A stretch of DNA of 64,000 nt from Candidatus Nomurabacteria bacterium (GTDB taxonomy: Bacteria > Patescibacteriota > Minisyncoccia > Phycocordibacterales > UBA918): assembly GCA_020632095.1 (NCBI GenBank), contig JACKGF010000001.1, positions 6,549-70,548 of the forward strand, written 5' to 3'. A model generated the notes under the pieces. The model was not told the origin of the DNA. It did no database searches and saw nothing but the letters and a program-made list of their open reading frames with translations. Position 1 is the stretch's first letter. Every line of letters begins with the position of its first letter. Below, one piece after another: positions 44,887 to 54,410 of this stretch. The translations under genes were made by a program, and so were the position numbers.

Positions 44887-47800
44887 ATGTCATCTGTTAT
44901 CAACAATACTCTCCGTACCGCACTCATGATGCTACTAATCCTGCCGATGTTGGTTTTTGCTCAAGCTGAAGATCGGGCTATTAACGAACCGGTAGAATCT
45001 CCTGCTCCTCCTGCATTTTTAGAGAATGTCCAATCTGAAGAGGATTTCAATAATCTGACGGCTGAACAACAAGCGGAAACAAATCAGTACTTTGATGAAT
45101 TGTCCAGAGTATCAACTGTAATTGCAAACGTAAACATTCAGGATTTATCTATTGTCAGCCAAGATAAAAATGTCTTCAATGTCTCCTTTGAATTAGCTAA
45201 CGGCACTGGCGTCCAAACTGGCGTTAAATACAGTGTCTCTCTCATTCGCGAAACTGATCAGGGTCAATTTAAGATGGATACCAAGATCTATCCCGAGGTT
45301 CTTACCTTGTCTGAGAATAGTACTATTAAAAAAAGTATTACATACACCGCACCAACTGGTCTAAATGGTGAATATACACTTCTGGTAGAAAGTAGGACCA
45401 AGGGAGGATTAACTCTTGGAATTGGAGTCGCTGGTAGTGTCGTTCTTGTCACCGATACCAAAGGTCTAGAGATTCTCACCGATACTTGTTCTATGCAGGT
45501 AGAAGGCGAGGAAGGTTCACCAACTTACATTCTTCCACAAGGAGTGGACGTTACTCCAGAAGAAAACCTACTATTAACCTGCGATGTTACCAACTACGCT
45601 CCAGCCTCAGTTTCAGTTACCACTTCTTTTGAAACTCATTTCCGCACAATGTTTGGTGAAATCGTACCAGATAAAGGTGGTATAGTGGAATCAATTCAAT
45701 TTGCGGGCAACGAAACCAAAACTGTTACCTTCGTACTCCCTCAAGCAACAGCCCCTCAAGCCTACGACATAAAAGTCTCTCTCAAGAACGACGAATTAGA
45801 GACTAACTCCGTGGTCGTTCACTATGTCCTCGTTGGTTCAAGTGCTACTATCCAAAACGTTATCCTAGATAAGTCATCATACCAAGTAGGTGATACAGCT
45901 AATATCTCATTTATTTGGTCTCCATCAGCTGATAGTTTTCCTGATTCTCGGCATGAAGCCAGTTCACCTACAGCTGTTGCTTTAGATGTTTCAATTACTA
46001 GTAGCGGAGTTGATTGTATTTCTTCGCAGACCACTCCTCTGGATGCTAATACCATCAAGCAAGAACTAGCATTTCCAGTGACTGCTGACTGTGCTTACCC
46101 GTTACTTTCACTTAGTCTAAAAGACGCTACTGGCAATGTGTTAGACGATAGTATGTTAGCTCCAAATGGGGAACCACCAGTGGTTTCAGCAGTGCCAGTT
46201 TCAGATGATTCATCAAATAATAATGTAATCCTAGTCCTACTTGCCACACTGTTCTTCATTGTGTTATTGGTATATGCATATATTAGAAGAAGTTCCGCAA
46301 ATGATGTAGTGGAAGATGTGGTACTGAAGTCGTTGTTGTTGTTGCTGTTGGTTGGGGGGGTGTTTGTAGGTGGTATAGATAGGGTGGAGGCATCAGTAGG
46401 AGTGACGTTTACTGGTGAAACTCAAACTGTGTGTTTTGGTAGGTTTGGATCGTTTCCTTGCTGGCAAAATGACTCGGTGAATACTGTAAGTATTGATAAG
46501 GCTGTTTATGCTCCTGGAGAGACAATCAATTTTACTACTACTGTAACTCTAAACGCTTGTTCCAATACAGTAAGAACTTCTATTGTCAGGGCTCAATTAA
46601 ATAGTCAGTTATTTCCAATTTTTAGTGTTCAATCAAGGGGTGGTATTCCACTTGTACAATTCGCAACGACTAATGCGCCAATGACACCAGGTGTTTACAG
46701 GATGATTTATACTTCACAAATAGTTGGTATGAGATCGAGAGGTTCTGCATCTGTAAATATTACCGTTGCTGCTCCAGCCTGTGTCGCCAACGCTGGTACT
46801 CCTTGTACCTCCGCCGCCAATGCCTGTGGCACAACCCAGCAGGGTACTATTCAGTGTAACGGTTCCTGCTCGGTTGGCGCACCAGCAAATCCTGCAGGAC
46901 TTGGTTCCTTATGCTCATCTGCAGCAAATATTTGTGGGTTGACCACACCAGGCACACAACAGTGCAATGGTAGTTGTTCAGCTACTGCTGCTCCGTCAAA
47001 TAATCTATGTCCTGCTATAGGTAGTTTTGAGGGGGTAGATACTGCTGCATGTAAGGTTAGGGGTTGGACTTATGATCCAAGTGATTCAACCCAGTCGATT
47101 GATGTCCATGTGTATCAAGACAACAGTGCTTTCGCCGGAGGTACCTTTGTAGCTGCCTGTACTGCTAGTATGTTAAGAAATGACGTTAATAACTTCTATG
47201 GTATTACTGGTAACCACGGATTTGATTGTACTTTACCATCTAGTTATTTGGGTACTGGTAACCATAATCTATATATTCACGCCATCGATACAACTGGCTC
47301 TCCAAATAATGTTATCAGCAATTCCCCAAGAGCGCTGTCTTGTGCCTTACCTCCTTCAGGAAACATTAGTGTCGGTACTTGCTTCATTCAACCAGGTGAT
47401 ACTACTTGTAACGCTAATGTTACCTGGAACACAGCTAACTTCCTTGGTGCAGTAAAAGTTTTGGTTAATGCTAATCCAAACTCGGTTAGTGGCGCTGCAA
47501 CTAATCCTTTAGGGTTTAACGTTCCAGTTAGCTATGGTGCTAATACTGTAACGTTGAGGGATATCGGTAGTTCGTTCACAGTCTCTGATACAACCAACAT
47601 AGGTTGTGTAGCTGGAAGTGTGTGGGTTGATCCAACCGTTGGTTGTTTACAATTACCAGTCATGAAAGTTAATTCAAATCAAGATACTATACGCAATGGT
47701 GAAGAGGGTACAGGAACTATTTCCGTAAATTCTAGATACAAGCTAAATTGTTCTGTTGTTGGAGCGGAAGTTAATTCAGCCTCTACCTTTGTCCATGATG

Positions 47801-47955
47801 GAACAGTGGTATCTAATCAAAATTATCCATTCCTAACCCAGCCACTAACATCAGCACAAATAGTTCAAGTCGAGTGTGTTCACCAGCAATATTCGATTGT
47901 TAAAGATGATGCCCAAGGTAGAATTAATGTAACTGCTTCAGTTGAGGAGCGGTAG
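44887..47955 (+). CDS. large secreted/surface protein (1022 aa) with Cys-rich C-terminal repeats
   Basis: Signal peptide and an internal TM helix at about residue 445. The C-terminus repeats CTSAANACGTTQQGTIQCNGSCS / CSSAANICGLTTPGTQQCNGSCS. The protein is Thr/Ser/Val-rich with no known domain. Confidence 0.7.
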   Translation: MSSVINNTLRTALMMLLILPMLVFAQAEDRAINEPVESPAPPAFLENVQSEEDFNNLTAEQQAETNQYFDELSRVSTVIANVNIQDLSIVSQDKNVFNVSFELANGTGVQTGVKYSVSLIRETDQGQFKMDTKIYPEVLTLSENSTIKKSITYTAPTGLNGEYTLLVESRTKGGLTLGIGVAGSVVLVTDTKGLEILTDTCSMQVEGEEGSPTYILPQGVDVTPEENLLLTCDVTNYAPASVSVTTSFETHFRTMFGEIVPDKGGIVESIQFAGNETKTVTFVLPQATAPQAYDIKVSLKNDELETNSVVVHYVLVGSSATIQNVILDKSSYQVGDTANISFIWSPSADSFPDSRHEASSPTAVALDVSITSSGVDCISSQTTPLDANTIKQELAFPVTADCAYPLLSLSLKDATGNVLDDSMLAPNGEPPVVSAVPVSDDSSNNNVILVLLATLFFIVLLVYAYIRRSSANDVVEDVVLKSLLLLLLVGGVFVGGIDRVEASVGVTFTGETQTVCFGRFGSFPCWQNDSVNTVSIDKAVYAPGETINFTTTVTLNACSNTVRTSIVRAQLNSQLFPIFSVQSRGGIPLVQFATTNAPMTPGVYRMIYTSQIVGMRSRGSASVNITVAAPACVANAGTPCTSAANACGTTQQGTIQCNGSCSVGAPANPAGLGSLCSSAANICGLTTPGTQQCNGSCSATAAPSNNLCPAIGSFEGVDTAACKVRGWTYDPSDSTQSIDVHVYQDNSAFAGGTFVAACTASMLRNDVNNFYGITGNHGFDCTLPSSYLGTGNHNLYIHAIDTTGSPNNVISNSPRALSCALPPSGNISVGTCFIQPGDTTCNANVTWNTANFLGAVKVLVNANPNSVSGAATNPLGFNVPVSYGANTVTLRDIGSSFTVSDTTNIGCVAGSVWVDPTVGCLQLPVMKVNSNQDTIRNGEEGTGTISVNSRYKLNCSVVGAEVNSASTFVHDGTVVSNQNYPFLTQPLTSAQIVQVECVHQQYSIVKDDAQGRINVTASVEER

Positions 47956-48013
47956 GAGAAAGAGGTTAAAATTGGAAGTAATATGTTATAAGATGTGTAA
48001 ATAAGTGAGGTAC

Positions 48014-48046
48014 GAAAAAGCGCAGGCCATAGGCCTGCGCTTTTCT
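48014..48046 (+). terminator. rho-independent terminator (second copy of the 44758 hairpin)
   Basis: GAAAAAGCGCAGGCCATAGGCCTGCGCTTTTC is at least 31 bp identical to the copy after groEL. Confidence 0.65.
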
Positions 48047-48152
48047 ATCGTTAGTACTTACCTTTGAATCAATATTTTACATACACTACTGACCTAGTAA
48101 AGCCGTCTTTCCGTGATATAATCTTAATATTAAAAAATAATTAGTTTTATTT

Positions 48153-48731
48153 ATGGGTGTTATTTTAGTTGGAATAATTGTAGCGGTGGTGTTGTATGTA
48201 ATTTTTGCCTACAATAAATTCGTTACCCTTACACAAAGAGCTAAGGAAGCGTGGGCAGATATTGATGTGCAGTTGAAGCGTCGTTATGACTTGATTCCTA
48301 ATTTAGTTGAGACTGTAAGAGGTTATGCTTCACATGAAAGAGAGACTTTTGACGCTGTAACCAGTGCGCGAGCTACTGCGACTCAGGTGCATGTCGATCC
48401 AACTGGTATTACTCCTGAACAAATCGCCGCTATGGCTGGAGCAGAAGCTTCCTTGACCCAGTCGCTTGGGCGATTGCTAGCAGTAGCTGAAAATTATCCA
48501 GATTTGAAAGCGAACACAAACTTCCTTGAACTGCAACGAGAATTGTCTGATACTGAAAATAAGATTCAAGCGGCGCGACGCTTCTTTAACGGTAATGTGC
48601 GTGATCTGAATATTGCTTTGCAGTCTTTCCCGTCAAATTTGGTTGGTAAACAATTTGGTTTTAAAGCTGAAGAATACTTTGAAATTGAGGAAAATAGTGT
48701 TGAACGCGAACCAGTTAAGGTAAGTCTTTAG
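48153..48731 (+). CDS. lemA: LemA-family protein
   Basis: N-terminal TM helix, then the LemA blocks AWADIDVQLKRRYDLIPNLVETVRGYASHERETF. Confidence 0.8.
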   Translation: MGVILVGIIVAVVLYVIFAYNKFVTLTQRAKEAWADIDVQLKRRYDLIPNLVETVRGYASHERETFDAVTSARATATQVHVDPTGITPEQIAAMAGAEASLTQSLGRLLAVAENYPDLKANTNFLELQRELSDTENKIQAARRFFNGNVRDLNIALQSFPSNLVGKQFGFKAEEYFEIEENSVEREPVKVSL

Positions 48732-48737
48732 GTCTTC

Positions 48738-50489
48738 ATGGTGTCATTTGGACAACATGTAGTATATTTGAGAAAAGTTATTTCAACAATTCTATTAAGT
48801 GTCGCCTTCTGGTTGGCACTTTTTAGTTTTAGTTACGCTGAAGAAATCACTTCATTTGCTAGCGATATCGTTATAAATAGTGACAGCTCGTTCACTGTAA
48901 CTGAGACAATCGAGTATGATTTCGGATCTGCTAATAAGCATGGGATATATCGTAATATAAAGAATCAACATGCTCAGCCGGCGACTGCTTGGTATAAGAA
49001 AAGATATATTGATCTAACTCTTAAGTATGTTAAAAAAGATGGCGCGTTTGAGCCTTATAGTCTTGAAGAGTACGATGGATTAAAAATTAAAATAGGTAGT
49101 CCAGACCATTTAATAACCGGAAAGCATGTTTATGAGGTTCAGTATGAAGTAGGTGGTGCATTGGCAGTATATCCAGACACAACAGAAATTTATTGGAATG
49201 TCACTGGGGACGAATGGCAGGTACCGATAAAGAATGCAACAGCGCGAGTTAGTTTCTTAAGTGAAGGAAGGTTCGATAAAACTCATTATTGTTATGTTGG
49301 AATGCCTGGTTCAAATACTTTATGTGATGAAATAGAGCCAAGCGACAGTAAAACTATATTTCGTACTCAACTAATAAATTCTGGAGAAGGTTTTACGATT
49401 GCTCAGTCACTAAAGATTCCTTTTGAACCAGTCGTGTTGGAAAAATACAACTTGGTTCTTTTGGTGGTGTTTGTGATGTTGACTTGGTATTTATTGCTTG
49501 GATTGTGGATTTATCGTTGGCGTATTAAATACCGGCAATCAAAAACAGTTATTCCTCAGTATGAACCGTATCAGGATTTTAAACCAATGTTTACTGGGGT
49601 ATTGATTGATAATAGACTTGATAGTAAAGATATAACTGCGGGAATTATACACTTAGCTCAGCAAGGCTACATATCCATTAAACAAGTAACAAGTGAATTA
49701 CCTTGGTTGCTGAAGAAAGTTTTTAAATTTAATGATTTTGAGATAACCTTACTAAACATTTCTGAACCAAAATTGAGTACTCATAAAGAACTGCTTAAAA
49801 TACTTTTCGTATATCCTGATCAGGTTGGTGATAAGGTGAGGTTGTCAGAGATAAAGAAAGATTATTCTCGACTGCAAAGTAATTATAATATTATTAAAGA
49901 GCTTAAAAAGACAGTCAATTCAGATTTAGTGGAATTAGGTTTCTTAAGCAAGCTAGAACTAATTCGACCTACCCCAATTAAAATAATTTATTATGTGGTC
50001 ATTGTATTATTGCTTATCTTCGGTTCCGTTATTTTCTTTAAGGAATATAGCATAGTGGTTGTTGTATTGGTTTGTTTCGCTGTTTCGCCAATATTTACGT
50101 TTGCGGCTGAGCGTCGTACACAGAAAGGTTATGAGGCTCTGTATTACCTTAAAGGGTTTAAGGAATTTTTGTCTGTTACTGAAAAAGAGCGTTACAAATT
50201 TCATAACGCACCCGCACTTAGTCCGCAACAGTTTATGGAATATTTACCATATGCTATAGCTTTTGGAGTGGAAGAAGAGTGGGCAGAAGTGTTTAAAGAT
50301 ATTCAGATTGATTTTCCTGATTGGTATGAATCGAATGAAACTGTTAGTTTCAGTGCAAAATCATTCAATAGTAACTTATCCTCATTCTCAACAGCTTTCT
50401 CAGCAAGTACTGGTACTGGAGGGAGCGGTTCAAGTGTTGGTGGTTCATCAGGTGGGGGTTCTGGAGGGGGAGGTGGGGGTTCTTGGTAG
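48738..50489 (+). CDS. DUF2207-family membrane protein (LemA partner)
   Basis: Signal peptide, internal TM helices, and a Gly/Ser-rich C-terminus GGSSGGGSGGGGGGSW typical of DUF2207. It lies directly after lemA. Confidence 0.6.
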   Translation: MVSFGQHVVYLRKVISTILLSVAFWLALFSFSYAEEITSFASDIVINSDSSFTVTETIEYDFGSANKHGIYRNIKNQHAQPATAWYKKRYIDLTLKYVKKDGAFEPYSLEEYDGLKIKIGSPDHLITGKHVYEVQYEVGGALAVYPDTTEIYWNVTGDEWQVPIKNATARVSFLSEGRFDKTHYCYVGMPGSNTLCDEIEPSDSKTIFRTQLINSGEGFTIAQSLKIPFEPVVLEKYNLVLLVVFVMLTWYLLLGLWIYRWRIKYRQSKTVIPQYEPYQDFKPMFTGVLIDNRLDSKDITAGIIHLAQQGYISIKQVTSELPWLLKKVFKFNDFEITLLNISEPKLSTHKELLKILFVYPDQVGDKVRLSEIKKDYSRLQSNYNIIKELKKTVNSDLVELGFLSKLELIRPTPIKIIYYVVIVLLLIFGSVIFFKEYSIVVVVLVCFAVSPIFTFAAERRTQKGYEALYYLKGFKEFLSVTEKERYKFHNAPALSPQQFMEYLPYAIAFGVEEEWAEVFKDIQIDFPDWYESNETVSFSAKSFNSNLSSFSTAFSASTGTGGSGSSVGGSSGGGSGGGGGGSW

Positions 50490-50522
50490 GATGTGAGAGT
50501 TTGCTGTAGTATAATTATTATC

Positions 50523-50906
50523 ATGTCTGAAATTAATAGAATCTACTATAATAAATTGGTTCGAGATAATATCCCGGCCAAAATTAAAGCTAAACGAGAA
50601 GATTACGAGATACGAAATCTAACTGACGTTCAAGAGCTACAACAAGAGTTGTTTAAGAAAATTAAAGAAGAGGCCGCTTCTCTGGCTATGTGTCGCACTA
50701 AGGAACACTTTCTTGAAGAGTATTGCGACTTAATGGTGGTAATCGAAACTTTGATTAAACAATTAGAAATTCCTCGTGAGGATATAATTGCTGCTCGTAG
50801 AGAAAATCTCATTCGAAAAGGTCAGTATAAACATGGTTATTACTTACATTGGTCGGCTGATGTCAACTATAAGTCAGACGAAAGTCCGCAAGGAATTCCT
50901 CTGTAG
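50523..50906 (+). CDS. MazG/PRA-PH-like all-alpha NTP pyrophosphohydrolase
   Basis: YYNKLVRDNIPAKI, with EE(Y/A)..L..V.E.L. The start is placed at ATG 50523. Confidence 0.45.
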   Translation: MSEINRIYYNKLVRDNIPAKIKAKREDYEIRNLTDVQELQQELFKKIKEEAASLAMCRTKEHFLEEYCDLMVVIETLIKQLEIPREDIIAARRENLIRKGQYKHGYYLHWSADVNYKSDESPQGIPL

Positions 50907-50939
50907 TAAGTAATATAATGTAGTCAATTATCTGTCAGA

Positions 50940-51842
50940 ATGGCCACTCTTTATACTCAACAATCAAGCAATATAACCAAAACCTATTTACTAATGGGGA
51001 CTTTTCTAGTGTTAGTGATTGCTATTTGTTATGGCGTTTCGTTTTATTTTGATAATCCAGCTATCTTGTATATTGGGGCGGTGTTAGCTTTGTTTATGAG
51101 TATTGGTAGTTATTGGTTTTCTGACAAAGTAGTACTCAAAATGACTAATGCTAGACAAGTTACTAAGGAGCAAGCTCCAGATCTTTATAATATTGTTGAA
51201 AATCTATCCATTACGGCTGGTTTACCAATGCCGAGAGTGTTTGTTGTTGATGATCCATCGCCAAATGCCTTTGCAACTGGCCGTGACCCTGAACATGCTG
51301 TCGTGGCTGCAACTACTGGTCTTCTAAGGATTCTTGATCGGTCTGAGCTAGAAGGGGTCATGGCTCATGAACTGTCTCATATTGGTAATCGCGACATGTT
51401 GGTGATGACGGTGACGGTAGTGTTAGCTGGATTTATTGCTATCGTGGCTGATATGTTTACTCGGTTAATGTTTTTTGGTGGAGGTAATGATAACCGTGAT
51501 CGACACCCAGCATTTTTAATTGTAGGGATTATCGGCATTGTCTTGGCTCCCTTGGCTGCTAAGATGATTCAGTTAGCTATTTCGCGCAAACGTGAATATT
51601 TGGCTGACGCAACGGGTGCTTTACTGACTCGTTACCCTGATGGTTTAGCTTCAGCTTTGGAGAAAATTAGTCAGTTTTCAATGCCGATGCGAAATGCTTC
51701 TCACGCTACTGCCCATTTGTTTATTTCAGATCCCTTTAAATCAAATGGTAAGGGGATAAAGAATGCTATCAACAGTTGGTTTCAAACTCATCCACCGGCT
51801 GAGGACAGGATTCGTCGACTTCGTGGTATGAACTCTCTATAA
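50940..51842 (+). CDS. htpX: protease HtpX (M48 Zn-metalloprotease)
   Basis: HExxH in VMAHELSHIGNRD, 4 TM helices, and a C-terminal QTHPPAEDRIRRL. Confidence 0.85.
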   Translation: MATLYTQQSSNITKTYLLMGTFLVLVIAICYGVSFYFDNPAILYIGAVLALFMSIGSYWFSDKVVLKMTNARQVTKEQAPDLYNIVENLSITAGLPMPRVFVVDDPSPNAFATGRDPEHAVVAATTGLLRILDRSELEGVMAHELSHIGNRDMLVMTVTVVLAGFIAIVADMFTRLMFFGGGNDNRDRHPAFLIVGIIGIVLAPLAAKMIQLAISRKREYLADATGALLTRYPDGLASALEKISQFSMPMRNASHATAHLFISDPFKSNGKGIKNAINSWFQTHPPAEDRIRRLRGMNSL

Positions 51843-51850
51843 TATAAAAA

Positions 51851-52861
51851 ATGAAAACTATCAAGGAAAGAATACCAGATATTAAAACTTTAGAATCACT
51901 ACTTGATGGAGTTATTGAGAGTAGTCTTACTGATTTCTTGCAGTCAACTCATGCTAGAAGGGAAGAGGTGATTGTTAACTTTAAATTAACACTTCTGTCT
52001 TTGTTTTTTTCGATAGCGATATTAATCGGATTGTCTTTCCTTGAGGGTTCACATAAAGATACTATGGTAGAAAAAATCTTGACTGGAAGTTCAGCGGTGT
52101 GGCTGACAGTTGTTTTGTTATCTGGACGACAATGGCTAACTAAGAGTAAATTGTTAGCTCGAGAGATGAATATGGCGTTGGTGCCGATTTTTACTAACAC
52201 TCTCGATAGAATGATGATGTATACCAACGATTCTGAACATAGAGATGATATTAAATCGTTGTTAGAAGAGTCTTCCTTAATGACAATAGAAGAAAAATAC
52301 CAAATTTTTTCTGATGACACTTACACAATTTATGCCGACACTGATATTTTGGTAAGGGAGTTAATGGTAATTAAAGTGGAGAAAAATAGAGATGGTAAAC
52401 TAGATTCAAATACTGTTATTTTTAAAGGTGTGTTAGTGTCAACAACACTCAATCGTAGTAATGAAGCTGAAATATACATCTCTACCGAAGGTGATAAACG
52501 AGGGTTTGCTCATCAAAGTTTTTGGTCAAGGTTAACGGGCTTGTCGGAAGTAAAAGAAACAATCTTAGAGTGGAACGACTTTGAAAAAGATTTACATGTT
52601 GCTACTACTAATCCTACTGCCGCGCGAGAAATTCTGACTCCAGAATTCATGCAAGACTTACACGCTTGGTGGAGTGAACATAAGTTAAACATCCGTATTG
52701 CTTTTAAGGGAAATAAGATGTATATGCTTTTACCTGAGGAATCTATTAAGATAGATTCTACCACCACTTCAACCAAACTGCCCGCTATAAAACGTTACGC
52801 TTGGTCACTATTGCGGCCAATTTGGCGCAGTTTGGTCTTAATCGAAGATGTGTCAAAATAG
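51851..52861 (+). CDS. hypothetical membrane protein (2 TM)
   Basis: ORF directly after htpX. No known motif. Confidence 0.5.
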   Translation: MKTIKERIPDIKTLESLLDGVIESSLTDFLQSTHARREEVIVNFKLTLLSLFFSIAILIGLSFLEGSHKDTMVEKILTGSSAVWLTVVLLSGRQWLTKSKLLAREMNMALVPIFTNTLDRMMMYTNDSEHRDDIKSLLEESSLMTIEEKYQIFSDDTYTIYADTDILVRELMVIKVEKNRDGKLDSNTVIFKGVLVSTTLNRSNEAEIYISTEGDKRGFAHQSFWSRLTGLSEVKETILEWNDFEKDLHVATTNPTAAREILTPEFMQDLHAWWSEHKLNIRIAFKGNKMYMLLPEESIKIDSTTTSTKLPAIKRYAWSLLRPIWRSLVLIEDVSK

Positions 52862-52935
52862 TGTTCGTGGTAATATTCATTGCTGTAAATCTCTAAAATA
52901 GATTTATCTGTAGAATAAACACGATTATATAAAAC

Positions 52936-53025
52936 GGAGAGATGGCAGAGTGGTCGAATGCGCATCCTTGGAAAGGATGTATACGAGCAATCGTATCGGG
53001 GGTTCGAATCCCCCTTTCTCCGCCA
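52936..53025 (+). tRNA. tRNA-Ser (anticodon GGA), CCA encoded
   Basis: Cloverleaf: acceptor GGAGAGA/TTTCTCC, D-stem GCA/TGC, anticodon stem CATCC/GGATG with loop TTGGAAA, a long variable arm ATACGA-gcaa-TCGTAT, T-arm GGGGG-TTCGAAT-CCCCC, discriminator G, then CCA. Confidence 0.85.
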
Positions 53026-53061
53026 AGACAAAATAGCGTTTACAACGCATATTTTGTTGGT

Positions 53062-53195
53062 GGAGAAAGAGTAAAGCGCGGGGCGCTTTACGTGGGGATT
53101 CGAAGCTGTTGCCAGCTAGATTATGAACGGAGTGAAATAATCTAGCGACAACGGATACTGGTTGTGTAACAACCGAAATTCCCCCTTTCTCCGCA
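53062..53195 (+). ncRNA. structured tRNA-like element of unknown identity (pseudo-tRNA, att-site remnant or ncRNA)
   Basis: The perfect 7-bp stem GGAGAAA/TTTCTCC closes three internal hairpins: GTAAAGCGC-gggg-GCGCTTTAC, GCTAGATTAT-13nt-ATAATCTAGC and GGTTG-tgtaa-CAACC. The 3' end ATTCCCCCTTTCTCCGCA duplicates the 3' end of the adjacent tRNA-Ser. A GGGGATTCGAA T-loop-like segment is present. Confidence 0.3.
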
Positions 53196-53746
53196 TCTTA
53201 AGGCTAGCACGAGACACGTGTCTGGTGCTGGTTTTAAATATGAGACTCTGATATGATTAAATCTTGGAACCCGCTCACACTGACCCCGGAGGATACTATG
53301 AGCACAGTACCTGAAAGTCTCGAACAAATTTTGGAGAACTGGAAACCAAAGTGGTACTACCGCTGGTTTCCGTTTCTGCCAAGGTTTGTAAACAATAAGT
53401 CATTGCGACTCTTTAGCGTCTCGTGGCGCGACTGTAGCTATACAGAGAAAGCGTTTGGTAAACCGCATCTGCTTGACTTGTTGGTCGCGAACCACAAAAC
53501 ACCTTGGTACTTGCCAAAACTGGCAGGATTCCAGATTTGGTATTAGCCACTTCCCGCACTTCGATATATCTGTCGGCGTGCGGGAAAACTTTTGCGCACG
53601 AGACACTATCAAACCAGAATCTGAAAGGTGGTTAATTGGTCAAGCAGGGCTTGGCATCACATGGTTCCAACTCGAAACACTCCACATCATCGAACCAACA
53701 CGAGACGCCTTGTCTCATACTAACTTTGCTATACTACCCACAACAT

Positions 53747-54049
53747 ATGGAACTACTCACTAATCAATCAGGTCAAATATTAGTCGGTATTGTGGTTGTA
53801 ATAAATATAATCGCTTTCCTAGTTATGGCTCATGATAAGCGTAAGGCTATTCAGGGGCACAGCGAACGCCGCACTCCTGAAGGATTGGTTTTCTTTATGG
53901 CTGTTATGTTTGGTGGTGTTGGTGTGTACCTAGGTATGCAAGTTTTTCGTCACAAAACCCGAATCTGGTACTTTCAACTTGGTATTCCTTTACTTATCCT
54001 GCAAAATTTTGCTACCATCTATGTAGTAGGGAGGTTGGTTGCGGGTTAG
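53747..54049 (+). CDS. DUF1294-family small membrane protein
   Basis: AHDKRKAIQGHSERRTPEGLVFFMAVMFGGVGVYLGMQVFRHKTR matches the DUF1294 signature. The start is placed at ATG 53747. Confidence 0.55.
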   Translation: MELLTNQSGQILVGIVVVINIIAFLVMAHDKRKAIQGHSERRTPEGLVFFMAVMFGGVGVYLGMQVFRHKTRIWYFQLGIPLLILQNFATIYVVGRLVAG

Positions 54050-54410
54050 GGTTGGTGGCTTATGTATCTTTGTGATTTAGACAGAGGCAATAATAGCGTT
54101 GCGTGTGAAGTGACAAGTGTTAGAAGTTCCTCCCTCTCTTTGAGAGAACAAAATACTACCGTAAGGTACATATTTTGTTCGAGGATAGAGAATACACGCT
54201 GGGGATCATGAACTCGATGTCTAGCACTATGTCTTAGGACCCCTGGTGGTTTTCTTTCTTCATAAAACAATATGTAAATAAATATATGTAAAAATATTGC
54301 ACATCCATCGCTATGTGTTTATTAAGAGTAAGTTGTAGTAAATCTACTTATTTTGGTTTAATGCTGACTAAGTGTTTATTTTGTTGGAGAAGAGAGACTG
54401 TAAAATAATT

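Noticed and set aside
52942-53327. ORFs 52942..53145 (+) and 53142..53327 (-)
   Set aside because: They overlap the tRNA-Ser gene and the structured tRNA-like element. Their translations are Arg/Cys-rich, which is typical of GC-rich RNA read in a random frame.
53062-53740. tmRNA (ssrA) starting at the tRNA-like element
   Set aside because: The acceptor-like stem closes after only 134 nt, too short for tmRNA. No downstream T-arm/ACCA 3' end was found. The only in-frame reading after a GCN resume codon gives AVAS-stop, which is not a plausible degradation tag. A permuted two-piece gene cannot be excluded without Aragorn or Infernal.
53200-53740. RNase P RNA or SRP RNA
   Set aside because: The universally conserved P4 strands (AGGAAAGUCCGGGCUCC / ACAGAACCCGGCUUA) and the SRP domain-IV AGGUCCGGAAGGAAGCAGC motif are absent. 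Only weak partial resemblances are present (TGAAAGTCTCG, AAGCAGGGC).
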